DNA of 64,000 bases, taken from IMG/VR virus record IMGVR_UViG_3300028840_006257, positions 149,011-213,010 of that record. One strand, given 5' to 3'. Of this stretch, positions 53,195 through 62,669 are shown piece by piece (the stretch's first letter is position 1; each line of letters starts with the position of its first letter). Position numbers and translations under genes: made by a program. A model generated the notes under the pieces. That model was not told where the DNA came from. It saw only the letters and a program-made list of their open reading frames with translations, and did no database searches.

Positions 53195-53305
53195 GATGAC
53201 ACCGTACCTTTCACGTCCTCGGCGCGGCGTCCGCAGAATGCCGTTGAGGGGCCGAAAGACGGCCGTTCGCGAGTTTGTCCCAGGAAAGGAAGGAGGAGAT
53301 CTGCC

Positions 53306-53485
53306 CTAGTCCTGGGATGGCGGGGTCAGCGCGGTCTCGATGGCCGAGACCACCGCGTCGACCTGTGCCTGCTCCTCCTCGGACAGCTCGCGGCCGCCCG
53401 CGTTCTTCCGGGCTACGTGGGGGAGGACCGTGGCGATCTTCGCCTTGGCCCTCGCGTCCGCCTGCCTGAGTGCTTCCGACGACAT
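53306..53485 (-). CDS. hypothetical protein
   Basis: Follows the UDG stop. Confidence 0.55.
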   Translation of the reverse strand: MSSEALRQADARAKAKIATVLPHVARKNAGGRELSEEEQAQVDAVVSAIETALTPPSQD

Positions 53486-53489
53486 GGTC

Positions 53490-54092
53490 CTACCCACGCG
53501 GAGACGATAGGCCCGCTAGCGCGAGGGCCCGTCTGAGGTCCGTGAGGGCCACGGGTTCCTTCTCGGCTCGTCCTCCTCGCAGGACGTAGCTCGGATGATA
53601 GATCGCGACGACGGGCGCCTCGACGCCGGTCTTCTCGTTCCGGTAGAAGAACTCGCTGTCTCGCAGCTCGGCCATCGTCAGCCTCTGGCCCGTCAGCGAG
53701 TTCGCCGCGTGACGCCCGAGTGCGACTAGCACCCTCGGCCTGATGAGGAAGATCTGCGTGTGCAGGAACGGAGCACAGGCATCCTTCTCCTGGGGGTAGG
53801 GATCTCGGTTGTCGAGGGGCCGGCACTTCACGACATTCGCGATGTAGACCTCCGAGCGTCGGAGCCCGATGACCTCGATCCAATGGTCGAGGCACTTGCC
53901 AGCCATGCCGACGAAGGGCCTGCCGGTCTGGTCCTCCTGGGCGCCGGGAGCCTCGCCCACGAACATCACGTCGGCCTCGGGGCTGCCCTCTCCGAACACG
54001 ACGTTGGTCCGGTTCATGTGGAGGGCGCACCGGGTGCAGTCGCCGATCTTCCGGACTCGGAGATAGTCGAGTTTCTCGACAACGGTGGTCAT
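53490..54092 (-). CDS. family 4 uracil-DNA glycosylase
   Basis: CTRCAL, VFGEG, VGEAPG.QED..GRPFVG, NVVKCRP, YHPS. Confidence 0.93.
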   Translation of the reverse strand: MTTVVEKLDYLRVRKIGDCTRCALHMNRTNVVFGEGSPEADVMFVGEAPGAQEDQTGRPFVGMAGKCLDHWIEVIGLRRSEVYIANVVKCRPLDNRDPYPQEKDACAPFLHTQIFLIRPRVLVALGRHAANSLTGQRLTMAELRDSEFFYRNEKTGVEAPVVAIYHPSYVLRGGRAEKEPVALTDLRRALALAGLSSPRG

Positions 54093-54160
54093 TGATTGGT
54101 CTCGTGTTCGCGCCGGGAGTTCCTGATGTGCTTTCTGAGCTTGTAGGCGCCGTTCTTCAT
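54089..54160 (-). CDS. 23-aa coupled mini-ORF
   Basis: MKNGAYKLRKHIRNSRREHETNQ; TGATG overlap upstream and ATGA overlap downstream. Confidence 0.5.
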   Translation of the reverse strand: MKNGAYKLRKHIRNSRREHETNQ

Positions 54161-54936
54161 CAGGGACCTCCGATCCCCCGTTCTCGCGCGATCTCCATCA
54201 TCGGGCTGACCTGAGGCCATCCGTGCCAGCTCACCACGTCTAGGGTCACGAACTCGAGCCACTTGTCGTGGTCCGTGAGTTCGTTCCAGACCGTGGCACG
54301 CCAGGCCCAGTCTTGCGACGTCACCTCCTCAGGTCGATCCGAGTTGTTCCAGTACGAGAAGTCCTCCAGGCGCCCGTCGGTCTGCATGAACTCGAGGCAG
54401 CCCGCGAGCAGACACGCCCGGTCGCAGTAGGGGATCAGGTAGAATCTGTCGCGGAATCGCCTCGCGGCGACGCACGTGTCGAGCGCCCAGGCGTTCCGCT
54501 CGAAGCGCGCGAGCTGCTCCCCGTACTTGGCTAGGGCCCACGCGTCCACGTCGAAGATGCCCGGCCGCATACCCTCGGCCGCGTCGCGCCTCGCCGCCGT
54601 GAGCACCTCCTCGTTCGATGCCGGGTAGATCCCGGCCGCGACCCGAAACTCCGGGGGGCAGTGCTCCTTCTCCCACTTTGCGTAGAGCGAGAGGGAGAGC
54701 GACGGCGTCTTCTCGAGCTCCTCTCCGTGGTTCTCCCGAGCCCACGCCGTGAAGAGGCCTTGCTGCTCCCTGATCTGGAGGTGGGCCGTGTGCGAGCGTC
54801 CCTCGAGCACGTCCTCGAAGATCTTCCTGAGGCGTTCTCGGGCGCGGCGCTGGCCCTCCCCCTTCAAGTCCCAGAGGAGGGGAAAGGGGTCGACCTGCTT
54901 CTTCAGGCGGTACGCCTCGTAGATCTTGATGCTCAT
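54160..54936 (-). CDS. hypothetical protein
   Basis: 258 aa ORF, Trp-rich C-terminus. Confidence 0.7.
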   Translation of the reverse strand: MSIKIYEAYRLKKQVDPFPLLWDLKGEGQRRARERLRKIFEDVLEGRSHTAHLQIREQQGLFTAWARENHGEELEKTPSLSLSLYAKWEKEHCPPEFRVAAGIYPASNEEVLTAARRDAAEGMRPGIFDVDAWALAKYGEQLARFERNAWALDTCVAARRFRDRFYLIPYCDRACLLAGCLEFMQTDGRLEDFSYWNNSDRPEEVTSQDWAWRATVWNELTDHDKWLEFVTLDVVSWHGWPQVSPMMEIARERGIGGP

Positions 54937-55033
54937 GCCCGTTCTACGCCCGCGACCAGGCTGGCCGGGGGCGCGCCGTCAGGATGCCGCGGCCGCAGGC
55001 GTGCCTGATCCTCCGGGATGGTAGGATGTCTCG

Positions 55034-55228
55034 ATGTCCGAGGAGCTCGCGCGCGTCGAGGTGCTCGACCCGGAGCGGCGACCCGTCCGGCGTCGCAGGT
55101 CGCTCGGTCCGACGAACGCGGCGATGTTCGTGCTCGCCGTGTTCGCCGCGTTCGGAATCCTGCTCCTCGCCGTGGGCACCGTCCTTCGCGAGCGGGCCCG
55201 GGGGTTGACGGGCCGGAGGTCGCCGTGA
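55034..55228 (+). CDS. small membrane protein
   Basis: One TM helix. Confidence 0.55.
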   Translation: MSEELARVEVLDPERRPVRRRRSLGPTNAAMFVLAVFAAFGILLLAVGTVLRERARGLTGRRSP

Positions 55229-55488
55229 AGAGGACTCCGCGCTCGCTCACCCTCCACTTCCCAGGAAAGCTCCGCGAGCGCATGGACAGGCTCGTGCGGG
55301 AGTCGGGGTGTCGGGAGGCGAGGGACGTGGTCGTCGCGGCGCTCGAGCTGTACGAGTACGTCGTCGACCGACGGCTCACGGTGGACGCTAACTTCTTCTG
55401 GCAGGCACCCGGCGGCCCGCTCGTGTCTCTCGAAACTCCGACGGGCCCGTTGACTTGGGACGCCGGGTCGGCCGAGGACGACGCCTGA
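55225..55488 (+). CDS. ribbon-helix-helix-like protein
   Basis: SLTLHFP..LRERMDRL..VV.AAL.LY; GGAGG RBS. Confidence 0.55.
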   Translation: MKRTPRSLTLHFPGKLRERMDRLVRESGCREARDVVVAALELYEYVVDRRLTVDANFFWQAPGGPLVSLETPTGPLTWDAGSAEDDA

Positions 55489-55550
55489 GCTGGCGGGTAT
55501 CGTGGCATACTTTTCCTATGGGGACGGCGTAGGAGACAGGAGAAGATCAC

Positions 55551-55760
55551 ATGGCAGTTCGTTCCACGAGTTCTGAGTATCAGCCCTCCCCACCGAACTA
55601 CGTGCAGGGCGCGACCGGCGTCTGGCACAACATCGGGCACTACCGCGCGGTCACGTCGACTCCGACGACGCAGACCCCGGTGAGTGCGAACATGTGCACT
55701 TCTCCGGTGTGCTCCGTCACGCATCGTCAGTTCCAGTACATCCCCAGGATCAACGGGTAG
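55551..55760 (+). CDS. hypothetical protein
   Basis: AGGAG RBS. Confidence 0.6.
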   Translation: MAVRSTSSEYQPSPPNYVQGATGVWHNIGHYRAVTSTPTTQTPVSANMCTSPVCSVTHRQFQYIPRING

Positions 55761-55936
55761 TAGGTCGAAAAACCCTCCGTTCAAGGAGAGCCCGCCGGGC
55801 GTATAGTGCGTGGCAGGGCTCTTTTTGTGCCTTCGGAAACGCTACAGATGGCCGAACCGGGGTTTCTAAGGGACTTTCACTTCTCTACCCTGGGAACGGG
55901 ACTCGTGGACGAGCTTCTGGGGGGATCGAGCGTCCG

Positions 55937-56473
55937 ATGTGGCTGAACTTCAAGTTCGGGGTGAGCCCGGACGTGAGCCATCGCTCTACCCGGTTCACGA
56001 CGGACGTGGTGATCAGTCCGAATTTCAGGTTCCCCGTCGCGCTGCCGGAGGGCGACGAGATCGTGGTGAGCACGAGGAGCGGGCGCCGCCTGCACGCCGA
56101 GTTCGCGCTCCCCGACGACCTGGTGCGGAGCTCGCGGGGTGACCTGGGCAACGTGGTCCGCGACGGGTTCAGGAGCAGCCTGCTCTCGGGCGCGCATCGC
56201 CTCTACGAGTTCGATCCGCGAATCGGGTGGCGATGGGACGGCACGAGAGACCGGGTCGAGCTGCCCGTTTCGCGGCTCTTCGACCCGCCCGAACCGTTCT
56301 CGCGCCACGGAGTGCCTCTCATCCTCGACCGGGACGGCTCGGAGTATCGGCCTCAACAAATTCACGAACCGCGCTGCCCGTTCTGCCGGAGGGCCCACGA
56401 GTTTGACGATCCGCCGATCTGGGCCGGGGCCAACCTGATGTGGGTCCACAGGCGCTGCTGGAGGCGGTCGTGA
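55937..56473 (+). CDS. hypothetical protein with C-terminal CxxC/HxxC
   Basis: GGGGG RBS. Confidence 0.6.
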   Translation: MWLNFKFGVSPDVSHRSTRFTTDVVISPNFRFPVALPEGDEIVVSTRSGRRLHAEFALPDDLVRSSRGDLGNVVRDGFRSSLLSGAHRLYEFDPRIGWRWDGTRDRVELPVSRLFDPPEPFSRHGVPLILDRDGSEYRPQQIHEPRCPFCRRAHEFDDPPIWAGANLMWVHRRCWRRS

Positions 56474-56964
56474 GCGCGGACCTGCTGGCCGACGAGCGAG
56501 TAGAAGAGTGGAGGCGTCTGCATCCGCGAGAATGGTGGGCCTTCAGACAGCTAGACCAGGACGACGACCTGCGAGCGCGCGTGCTCGCGGCCGTCCTCGG
56601 ACGTCGGACGGCCCACGACCCGGCCCTCGACGACCTCGTGCGGTACGCCGACGCCCTCGAGAACATGCAGCGAGCTCGGCGAGAAGGGACGCTCAAGGCT
56701 CCCCCGGGCGACGGCGAGCGTCGTCCCTTCCCGGCTCGCGTGACCAGGATGGTCCACTTGCAGTCCGGGGGGCGCACGTTCTACCGGGTAGACTTCGCGA
56801 CGCCCCACGGATGGTCGGGGACGTTCGACACCACCAACCCCGACCTGGTCGAGCGCGTGTCGAAGCAGCGCGACCCCAGGAAGCCGGTCACCCTGGTCGG
56901 CGAGATCACGCGGCGTCCGTACGAGTTCCTCGTGGAGCTCGACGCCCGCGTCCGAATCGTGTGA
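56470..56964 (+). CDS. hypothetical protein
   Basis: GGAGG RBS, GTGA overlap. Confidence 0.6.
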   Translation: MSADLLADERVEEWRRLHPREWWAFRQLDQDDDLRARVLAAVLGRRTAHDPALDDLVRYADALENMQRARREGTLKAPPGDGERRPFPARVTRMVHLQSGGRTFYRVDFATPHGWSGTFDTTNPDLVERVSKQRDPRKPVTLVGEITRRPYEFLVELDARVRIV

Positions 56965-56971
56965 GGAGCAG

Positions 56972-57766
56972 ATGCCCAAGGCCAAGCCGTATTCCGGTCC
57001 GATCGATGCAAACCTAGCAGCACAGCTGCTCAACAGCAGCGGGGTGACCGTCGACGACGTCCCTCTCGGAGACGCGCTCCGGGCGGGAGCCGAGCACCTG
57101 GAGAGCCTCGTCTCTCGAGCCCGGAAGGCCCTCGACGCCAGCGAGTTCGCGCAGATCGTGGCGGACCACCTCACCGCCAAGATGAACAGGCGCGGCACCT
57201 CGACGCTCACGGTCTCCGACACGGGCCAGGTGACCCTCGAGATCAGCTACGAGGACGCCCCCGTCCGGCACGCCCGACAGCAGCGCACTCGTCGAGTCCC
57301 GCTCATGGAGGAGCTCAAGGCGAAGGCCGACGAGCTGGGCGTGGACATCAGCGAATTCGGAATTAAGCGCAAGAAGATCTGGGAGCACCTTCAGGAGGTC
57401 GAAGCGAAGCGGGCGCAGAGGCCCAGGTCGAAGCGCGAGTCTCGGCGAGAGAAGCGCGCCGAGACCCCGAAGGTCAAGGAGACGGGCCCCGAGGACGAGG
57501 AGGATCGCGGCCCGATGTCCGCCGGTCCCGACGAGACCAGGCTGACGGATCCTCCCGACGACGTGAAGCCGCCGCGGCGAGGCTTCGTGAAAACTGGCGA
57601 CGCGGTCGAGGGCCCCGTCCTCGTGGAGCCCGAGGAGGGCGCGGAGGAGGCCAAGAACGGCCCCAAGGGGGGAAAGAAAGGTTCTCGGCCCTCCATGAAG
57701 CAGCTCGTGCAGGACTCCAAGGAGGTCGACATCACGGACCTCCTGACCTCCGACCCTCCCAAGTAG
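56972..57766 (+). CDS. hypothetical protein
   Basis: GAGGAG RBS. Confidence 0.7.
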   Translation: MPKAKPYSGPIDANLAAQLLNSSGVTVDDVPLGDALRAGAEHLESLVSRARKALDASEFAQIVADHLTAKMNRRGTSTLTVSDTGQVTLEISYEDAPVRHARQQRTRRVPLMEELKAKADELGVDISEFGIKRKKIWEHLQEVEAKRAQRPRSKRESRREKRAETPKVKETGPEDEEDRGPMSAGPDETRLTDPPDDVKPPRRGFVKTGDAVEGPVLVEPEEGAEEAKNGPKGGKKGSRPSMKQLVQDSKEVDITDLLTSDPPK

Positions 57767-57799
57767 TGGTTTTCCTTCTATGGCCCCGATCTTTGGTAG

Positions 57800-58249
57800 A
57801 TGGGCTGTGAGAACAACTGCCCCCAGTGTCAGCAGTTTCCGTGCACGTGCTCCACGAACTTCTGGATCCTGCCGTCGGGGGTGAACACGCTGAAGGGTTG
57901 CGAGTGCGACCCTGAGAACCCGATCCGGCTGGCAGACTGCTTCATCCTTCACGCCCTCCAGCACTCGATGAAGGCCCGCGCGGACTTCGAGGCCCTGTAC
58001 CCCACGCTCTTTCCGTGCGAGCAGGAGAGGTTCGAGCTCCTCATGGAGGAGTCTCCCTACCTCTTCAAGCTCGTACTCGACGAGAGGGACGACGCGGACG
58101 CCTTCCAGCGCAGGATGAACGACATCCCCGTACACGTGGCCGGTCCTCGAGGCGGCAGGCGGCTCCCCATCACCCACCAGGCCCAGGCGCTGACGCTGCC
58201 GCCGTGGTTCGCGCCGAAGGCCCAACCCAGGCGGTGCGAGGGCAGCTGA
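57800..58249 (+). CDS. hypothetical protein with Cys-rich N-terminus
   Basis: 149 aa ORF. Confidence 0.65.
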   Translation: MGCENNCPQCQQFPCTCSTNFWILPSGVNTLKGCECDPENPIRLADCFILHALQHSMKARADFEALYPTLFPCEQERFELLMEESPYLFKLVLDERDDADAFQRRMNDIPVHVAGPRGGRRLPITHQAQALTLPPWFAPKAQPRRCEGS

Positions 58250-58250
58250 C

Positions 58251-58598
58251 ATGGCGGACGCCGAGACCTCACGAACCGACACTCCGTGCCTGAACGGGCT
58301 CGACGTCGCCAAGGTGTACGAGAAGGCCTGGTGGCAGTCCAAGAAGTTCTTCGCGTTCCTGCTGTGCGAGGTCGGGTTCTTCGTGCTGATGGGCTCGATG
58401 ATCTACACGCAGGAGCTCGACAAGCTGGCGGAGAACGTGGCCTTCATGGTGCTGGCCGTCACGTCTGGGATGCTTGCCATAGGGTTCATTCTCGGACAGG
58501 GCGCCCTAGATCGTTACGTCCGCGTCGCCGCCCTCGCCATGGGGCGCGGGATAGAAAACGGGTCCTCGAAGGCTTCGGCACGAGAGGACGACGGCTGA
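58251..58598 (+). CDS. 2-TM holin-like membrane protein
   Basis: WWQSKKF followed by two TM helices. Confidence 0.6.
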   Translation: MADAETSRTDTPCLNGLDVAKVYEKAWWQSKKFFAFLLCEVGFFVLMGSMIYTQELDKLAENVAFMVLAVTSGMLAIGFILGQGALDRYVRVAALAMGRGIENGSSKASAREDDG

Positions 58599-58617
58599 TC
58601 AGGAAGGAGAGACAAAA

Positions 58618-59112
58618 ATGCCCGGAAGACCACCCCCTCCCATGTACGGAGCCGTCCGGAAGAGGCGCGTTCCTCAGCAGCACACGGTGACCGTCCAGCC
58701 GAAGACCGAGGAGCAGCGCCAAAAGGAGGCGGCCGCGGCGGAGAAGCAGGCCGAGAAGGCCCGCAAGGAGGTCGACAAGGCGCGCAAGGACGCCCTGAAG
58801 GCGGCCGCGCCTCCGAAGAAGGCCGCGCCTCCGAAGAAGGCCGCGAAGAAGGCGACGAAGAAGAAGGCGACGAAGGAGAAGGCGAGCAAGAAGGAGGCCA
58901 AGGAGGAGGCGCCCAAGAAAACGGCCAGCAAGGCCACGAAGAAGCCTCCCAAGAAGGCCAAGAAGTTCCCGAAGTGGTCTCCCGATGACACGCGCGACAC
59001 CCTCTACAGGCTCGCCAAGAAGCTCGAGCTCGACGTGAACTCGCGCGACCCGAAGGACTGGCTCGTCGACCAGCTCGAGAAGGCGGAGAAGAAGGCGGCG
59101 AAGCAGGCCTGA
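58618..59112 (+). CDS. Lys/Ala-rich histone-H1-like protein
   Basis: AAPPKK, KKAT repeats; AAGGAG RBS. Confidence 0.7.
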   Translation: MPGRPPPPMYGAVRKRRVPQQHTVTVQPKTEEQRQKEAAAAEKQAEKARKEVDKARKDALKAAAPPKKAAPPKKAAKKATKKKATKEKASKKEAKEEAPKKTASKATKKPPKKAKKFPKWSPDDTRDTLYRLAKKLELDVNSRDPKDWLVDQLEKAEKKAAKQA

Positions 59113-59144
59113 GGTCCCTCGTGACGACGCGGGTACAGTGGGCC

Positions 59145-59498
59145 ATGCTGCGCGCGCTCCTGGTTCTCACGCTCCTGGCCCCCGTGGGCTGCAAGAAGGT
59201 CGGGGTGGTGCTCCGCGATCCGGAGGTCTACAAGAACGAGATCGCGTTCTTCCAGATGGCCCTCGAGCAGGACACCGAGCTCCTCGAGAAGTACCTCGCA
59301 GAGGGATCGTGCTCCTGCGAGGAAGGGGCCTGGACCACGGAGGAGTGCGAGGTGGCCGCCTTGAACGTCCTCGTGGTGAGACACCGTCTCCAGTACCACG
59401 TGGACCTGATGCTCTACAACGCGAGGATGCGGGACGAGAGGCCCCCGAAGGAGCCTCCCGAGGTTCCCGATCCCTCGACGCTCTGCCCGGAGGGATAG
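59145..59498 (+). CDS. putative lipoprotein
   Basis: MLRALLVLTLLAPVG-C lipobox-like. Confidence 0.6.
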   Translation: MLRALLVLTLLAPVGCKKVGVVLRDPEVYKNEIAFFQMALEQDTELLEKYLAEGSCSCEEGAWTTEECEVAALNVLVVRHRLQYHVDLMLYNARMRDERPPKEPPEVPDPSTLCPEG

Positions 59499-59504
59499 CC
59501 GCCG

Positions 59505-59885
59505 ATGTCGTACAAGCGCAAACTGTCTGGCCTCGCGTCGAAGCTCGGTCAGGAGGGGGTGGACCGCCTGGCCGACCTGCTCGACGACGAGGCCGGGAAG
59601 GCCGACGAACCTTGGAAGAAGACGCTCCTCGACCTGCTGGCCGACGGGGCTCGCCGTCACGGGCCCGACGGTTTTCAGATGGCCCAGGACGCCGTGGAGC
59701 GGCTGCTCGACGGAGACGACGCGGACATCAGGAAGGTGACGAAGAACCTCCTGATCGCCAGCAACCTCCTCGCGCAGCTCCAGAACGCCGAGGCCGACCG
59801 CAAGGACCGGGCTCGCAAGTGGCTCAGGGCCGTCGGCGAGACCATCGGACAGATCCTGAAGGCGGTGGTCGGGACGGTGCTCTAG
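59505..59885 (+). CDS. hypothetical helical protein
   Basis: GGAGG RBS. Confidence 0.65.
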   Translation: MSYKRKLSGLASKLGQEGVDRLADLLDDEAGKADEPWKKTLLDLLADGARRHGPDGFQMAQDAVERLLDGDDADIRKVTKNLLIASNLLAQLQNAEADRKDRARKWLRAVGETIGQILKAVVGTVL

Positions 59886-59910
59886 CCGCGTCCGCGGCGG
59901 AACTCGTGTC

Positions 59911-60369
59911 GTGACGAGCCTGGTCCGCAAGCGGATGCGCGTAGCCCGGTACATCCCGGCCAAGCTCTATGGCTTCGTGATGGACGACGACGGCCTTCAG
60001 GTGTTCTTCCACGTCCGGGCGTTCGATTGGGGGACGTTCAAGACGCGTCCTCCGCCCATCGTCGGGGAGCTCGTGGACGTGGAGTACGACCCGGCCGGTC
60101 CCGTGAACGGCAAGGCTCCGAAGGCGCGCCACGTTCACCGTCTCGAGGAGCCCCAGGCGTGTCACGGGATCGTGGAGGACTTCAACGAGGGCCGTGGGTA
60201 CGGCTTCATCACGACGTCAGACGGCCGGTCGCACTACCTTCACAGGTCGGAGATGACGGACGGGAGCCTTCCGCGGCCCGGCATGGAGGTCTCGTTCTTC
60301 GAGGGCTTCAAGCAGGGGCGCACGAGGGCGTGCTACGTGTCGCTCGCGAACCAGGGAGCGAAGAGATGA
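59911..60369 (+). CDS. tandem cold-shock-domain protein
   Basis: YGFV..VFFH and FNEGRGYGFI..YLH. Confidence 0.85.
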   Translation: MTSLVRKRMRVARYIPAKLYGFVMDDDGLQVFFHVRAFDWGTFKTRPPPIVGELVDVEYDPAGPVNGKAPKARHVHRLEEPQACHGIVEDFNEGRGYGFITTSDGRSHYLHRSEMTDGSLPRPGMEVSFFEGFKQGRTRACYVSLANQGAKR

Positions 60370-60965
60370 GCCAGGACGAGAACCCCTTCGGCGGCAAGAA
60401 CCCTCACGGCATGTACGTGCCCATCACGGACGACGAGATGGAGGTCGTAGCCAGGATCGCGGAGGCGGGCGGCTTCAGGCTCGTGGTCGCGGACTGGGGA
60501 CGCGTCGACGGCTTCACGCTCGCCGTTCCCGGCGAGCGCTACACGGGCAGGCCGCTCGTCGTGATGGGAGACAAACGCGTCTCGTTCTACTTCCGCATGA
60601 CGTTCTCCGCGCCCGAGGTGCCGCAGCCGAACTGGTACTTCGACGTCGAGGTGTGGGCCTTCGACCGGCTCCTCTTCTCGAAGCGCATGCCCACGGAGCA
60701 GAACGGGCACCCCATCGAGATCGTCGCCGGGATGTCCATCGACCTGGCCCTCGACATCGCGCTCGACAAGATGGATCCCGCGTTCGTCAAGGAGGTCAAG
60801 CCCGGCGCGACCGGACTCACGACGCGCCACGGCAACCTGCATCTCGACCTGCATCGGCAGCGCCTCCTGCGCGAGACGCGGGCCGGGGAGAAGGCAGTTC
60901 GTGAAATATCGCGCCGCGAGGCCGTGGAAGCCACGCAGAAGGCCAAGAAGGCCACGGGACGGTGA
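60366..60965 (+). CDS. hypothetical protein
   Basis: GGGAG RBS, ATGA overlap. Confidence 0.7.
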   Translation: MSQDENPFGGKNPHGMYVPITDDEMEVVARIAEAGGFRLVVADWGRVDGFTLAVPGERYTGRPLVVMGDKRVSFYFRMTFSAPEVPQPNWYFDVEVWAFDRLLFSKRMPTEQNGHPIEIVAGMSIDLALDIALDKMDPAFVKEVKPGATGLTTRHGNLHLDLHRQRLLRETRAGEKAVREISRREAVEATQKAKKATGR

Positions 60966-60992
60966 CGGCCCTATGAGACGTCCCCTGACGAG

Positions 60993-61739
60993 ATGCCCGG
61001 CGCGCGAGAAGAGGCCCAAGATCATCGTCCGCAGCAGCCGTCCGAGGAACAGGGTCGTCGTGCGACCGAGGAACCCACTGAACCGCTACAAGGTCGTGAC
61101 GACGCTGCCCGCTCCGGGAGCGGTGGGACACCTCCTGATCTCGATCCGCGGCTCCTAGTGCGCCGAGCGCTGGCCGCCGAGAGGCCGAAGCGTCCCGACG
61201 ATGCCGAGGTCGACGTCGACGGCGAGGAGATGGACACCGAGTGGGACGAGCCCGCCGCGGCCTGGATGCAGGTCAAGCGGGCCGCGGTCAGGCGCGCCAT
61301 CGCGTCGCTCGTCAACGATCCCGAGAACCTCCCACAGGTCGGCAGGCGCGTCGACCGGATCGTCCGTCAGACGGGAGCCGCCGACATCTACTTCGACGAC
61401 GGCTCGTGGGTGTCCGCGACGGTGGACGATCCTGAGCCCCGCACGAGCGAGCAGGCTCGGGTCCTCGAGGAGGTGTACGGAGAGGCGTCCCCGGCGGCCA
61501 CGCGGCCGCTGGTCGTGGCCGCCAGGAACCGCAGGATGCTCGGGGTGCTCGACGCTCGCGCCCCCGGGGCGACCGACCCACGCCTCTGGCGACTCAGGCT
61601 CGAGGCACCCTTCGACCTCTACCTCGTCCGCGATCCGAGATTGGCGCCCGAGAGTTTCAAGATGCGCGACGCGTCGGCTCGAGACTGGAGACGCGTGCGC
61701 CGCCTGGTGAGGGCGAGCCTGGTCGCTCGCGTCCGCTGA
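60993..61739 (+). CDS. hypothetical protein (start uncertain)
   Basis: Best codon-usage frame. Confidence 0.5.
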   Translation: MPGAREEAQDHRPQQPSEEQGRRATEEPTEPLQGRDDAARSGSGGTPPDLDPRLLVRRALAAERPKRPDDAEVDVDGEEMDTEWDEPAAAWMQVKRAAVRRAIASLVNDPENLPQVGRRVDRIVRQTGAADIYFDDGSWVSATVDDPEPRTSEQARVLEEVYGEASPAATRPLVVAARNRRMLGVLDARAPGATDPRLWRLRLEAPFDLYLVRDPRLAPESFKMRDASARDWRRVRRLVRASLVARVR

Positions 61740-61916
61740 TTTTCACGACGCCGGTCGAGTTCCGCGGCCGAGCTCGGGGCGCGGGCGAACGCGCGCCTCG
61801 CACGGTGTCGCAGAAGCCCGAATCTCCGCGCATGGTGCGGATCTTCGCGTCGATAAGTTTCGTCGCCGGGCCTCGGTTTTCGTTCGATGGGGGCGCCCTT
61901 ACCAGAGAGGCGTCCT

Positions 61917-62642
61917 GTGACCACGCTCACCAACTTCAAGGCGATCGAGCTTTTCGGGGGAGGGGGAGGAGCTGCCGACCTCGCCACGACTCTCGGCATC
62001 GGGAACACGACCGGAGGCAACGACATCGTGTTCTCGAACGCCGGCGGAGGACTCCTCGACCAGATCGACTCCGAGGACAACGCGGCCGGGGCGGGCTACA
62101 CGTTCAACCTCAACGGAAGCGACGCCGGCGGCGGAGTCTTCGTCGGCGGCGACATCAACCTGAATCCGGGACTGGGTTCGGGGGGAGCCGCGGACGGCAA
62201 GGTCAACATCAACGGCGACCTCGTCGTGACCGGGAGCGTCACGCTGACGAACCTCTACAGTGGGACGGGCTCTCCCGAGGGCGTCCTGACTGCCGCCGTC
62301 GGATCGGTCTACACGAGGACGGACGGCCAGGACGGGAACTCTCAGTACTTCAAGCAGGCGAATGGTGCAGGGAACACGGGGTGGGTGCCTGCGGGACCGC
62401 AGGTCGTCGAGGAGTTCACGGCTCCGGGCGGCTCGGCGATCTTCACGACCGCGCGCGCGGTGTTCGACGCGACCGTGGTCACCACCGTCGACAACCTCGC
62501 CGTGTACTGGAACGGCGTGCTGCAGCGCGAGGGGGCCCTGAACGACTACACGGTCGTCTACAACCCCGCGTTCGCGTCGATCACCCTCAACCAGGTACCG
62601 CCAGCGAGCGACCCCATCACGATCAAGTACCTGCCCGAGTAG
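61917..62642 (+). CDS. probable virion structural protein
   Basis: Gly/Asn/Thr-rich; GTGSPEG..A.VGS.Y; VYWNGVLQ..DY. Confidence 0.7.
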   Translation: MTTLTNFKAIELFGGGGGAADLATTLGIGNTTGGNDIVFSNAGGGLLDQIDSEDNAAGAGYTFNLNGSDAGGGVFVGGDINLNPGLGSGGAADGKVNINGDLVVTGSVTLTNLYSGTGSPEGVLTAAVGSVYTRTDGQDGNSQYFKQANGAGNTGWVPAGPQVVEEFTAPGGSAIFTTARAVFDATVVTTVDNLAVYWNGVLQREGALNDYTVVYNPAFASITLNQVPPASDPITIKYLPE

Positions 62643-62669
62643 CGCAGGAAGCAACGCAGGAGCAGAAGC

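Noticed and set aside
58251-59885. Holin-spanin lysis cassette
   Set aside because: Membrane and lipoprotein features only; no clear i-spanin, and the endolysin is about 8 kb away on the other strand.
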